Positions 18,388-19,258 of a DNA stretch of 19,258 nucleotides are shown in pieces. The notes beneath the pieces were generated by a model. The model made no database searches. It was not told the origin of the DNA and saw only the letters and a list, made by a program, of their open reading frames with translations. The stretch comes from Tolypothrix carrinoi HA7290-LM1. GTDB lineage: Bacteria > Cyanobacteriota > Cyanobacteriia > Cyanobacteriales > Nostocaceae. Location of the stretch: assembly GCA_019358935.1 (NCBI GenBank), contig JAHHIK010000137.1, forward strand, positions 1-19,258, in the 5' to 3' direction. Each line of letters opens with the position of its first letter. The first letter of the stretch is position 1. The position numbers and the translations under genes are program-made.

Positions 18388-19149
18388 ATGGATAGTACAG
18401 TTCAGTTGCAAAAGATTCTGATTAACTCTCCCATTGCCACTTTGTTTGTTAGTGTCAACGCGATCGCCTTTCCGCCAGAGTTCTTTGGACCAACGCTGAG
18501 TTTTGGCTTTCACCCCTTTCCTGCTTTATACAGTGGGGATGGAACAATTCTCACCTCTGGCATCTGGCTAGCGAATGCAAATTTGTGGCTAGGTGTTGTC
18601 TTTTTGGGAGGACACCTATTCCATGCGCTGCGTGTTGTAGGCGATCGCCCACCCGTAGTCCAGCTAGTTTACTCTTCTGTAGAAAACCTCTCGGATACCA
18701 ATCGTTCGCTGCTGTTTGCAGGTGCCACCTCCCTGCTGTTTTGGTCAAGTTTCGACACTCTGCTGCCCACATTGCCTCAATATATTGCAGATGTCGGAGG
18801 TAGCGACCAGCAAGTTGGGTTAGTGATGGGGAGCTTGACCTTTGGGCTGTTGTTGTTGAAACCCCCAATGGGCGTTCTCTCTGACCAGCGCAGCCGCAAG
18901 CTGGTATTGGGCATCGCTACCAGTGTAGTGGCGATCGCACCTTTAGCCTATAGGTTTGTAGATTCGATTGCACTGCTGATGCTCATCCGAGCTTTCCACG
19001 GCATAGCTATTGCTGGCTTCGGCACGAGTTACGCTGCTCTGGTTGCCGATTTGTCGCCAGTAGAAAAGCGGGGTCAATTAATTAGCTCTCTGAGTATGGC
19101 GAGACCCATAGCGTTGTTTATTGGTCCTGCTTTAGGGACTTCCAAATAA
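18388..19149 (+). pseudogene. Chimeric ORF: C-terminal fragment of an IsiA/Pcb/CP43-family chlorophyll-binding protein fused in frame to the N-terminal part of an MFS transporter
   Basis: aa 16-82 (VN..AFPPEFFGP...WLANA..WLG..FLGGHLFHALR) match the IsiA C-terminal helix. aa ~100-250 (LLPTLP.YI...GG...VGLVMG, G.LSDQRSRK motif A, LIRAFHG, DLSP.EKRG, IGPALG) are MFS, and the ORF stops after about 5 TMs. Confidence 0.75.
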
Positions 19150-19202
19150 TAAATTAATCAACAAAAACTAAGAAGCCACGTTGATCAAAGAATGATAATC
19201 AT

Positions 19203-19254
19203 TTGAGGAGAGGAGAAAGGGGTTGCCGACGGCAACCACCTCTTACCCCCTCAA
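19203..19254. repeat. Imperfect long hairpin / dispersed repeat
   Basis: GGTTGCC-GAC-GGCAACC (19221-19237) enclosed by TTGAGG (19203-19208) / CCTCAA (19249-19254). Confidence 0.55.
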
Positions 19255-19258
19255 GTAT

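Noticed and set aside
1450..18868. Numerous 60-118 aa ORFs antisense to or nested within the long CDSs
   Set aside because: These are shadow frames of well-supported genes, with no independent motifs.

Overview
Chromosomal-type DNA from a filamentous, probably heterocyst-forming cyanobacterium (Nostocales-like), judged from many HIP1 sites (GCGATCGC), 7-bp STRR-type arrays and AGGACTTACGCA-type dispersed repeats. The left part (1-11.4 kb) is envelope-related: two convergent Wzc/GumC polysaccharide co-polymerase/BY-kinase paralogues, a SpoIID/LytB protein and two conserved hypothetical genes. A 2153-bp non-autonomous element of the IS256 superfamily (ISLre2/ISKra4-like; 45-bp TIRs, 9-bp TSD) has inserted into an intergenic STRR array. 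It keeps only the 3' half of its transposase and carries captured passenger DNA. The right part (11.9-19.2 kb) is a partly decayed accessory metabolic island in two divergent arms separated by an IS701 scar. The leftward arm encodes a double-domain SAM methyltransferase, a PanD-like pyruvoyl decarboxylase and a truncated gamma-butyrobetaine-hydroxylase-like dioxygenase. This is reminiscent of a split DsyGD (DMSP/sulfonium synthesis) or a betaine pathway. The rightward arm encodes CysC, a nonsense-interrupted MoaA-like radical SAM enzyme, a DesI/DegT aminotransferase and an odd ORF fusing an IsiA/Pcb chlorophyll-protein C-terminus to part of an MFS transporter. All family assignments come from motif recognition by eye, with no database searches.
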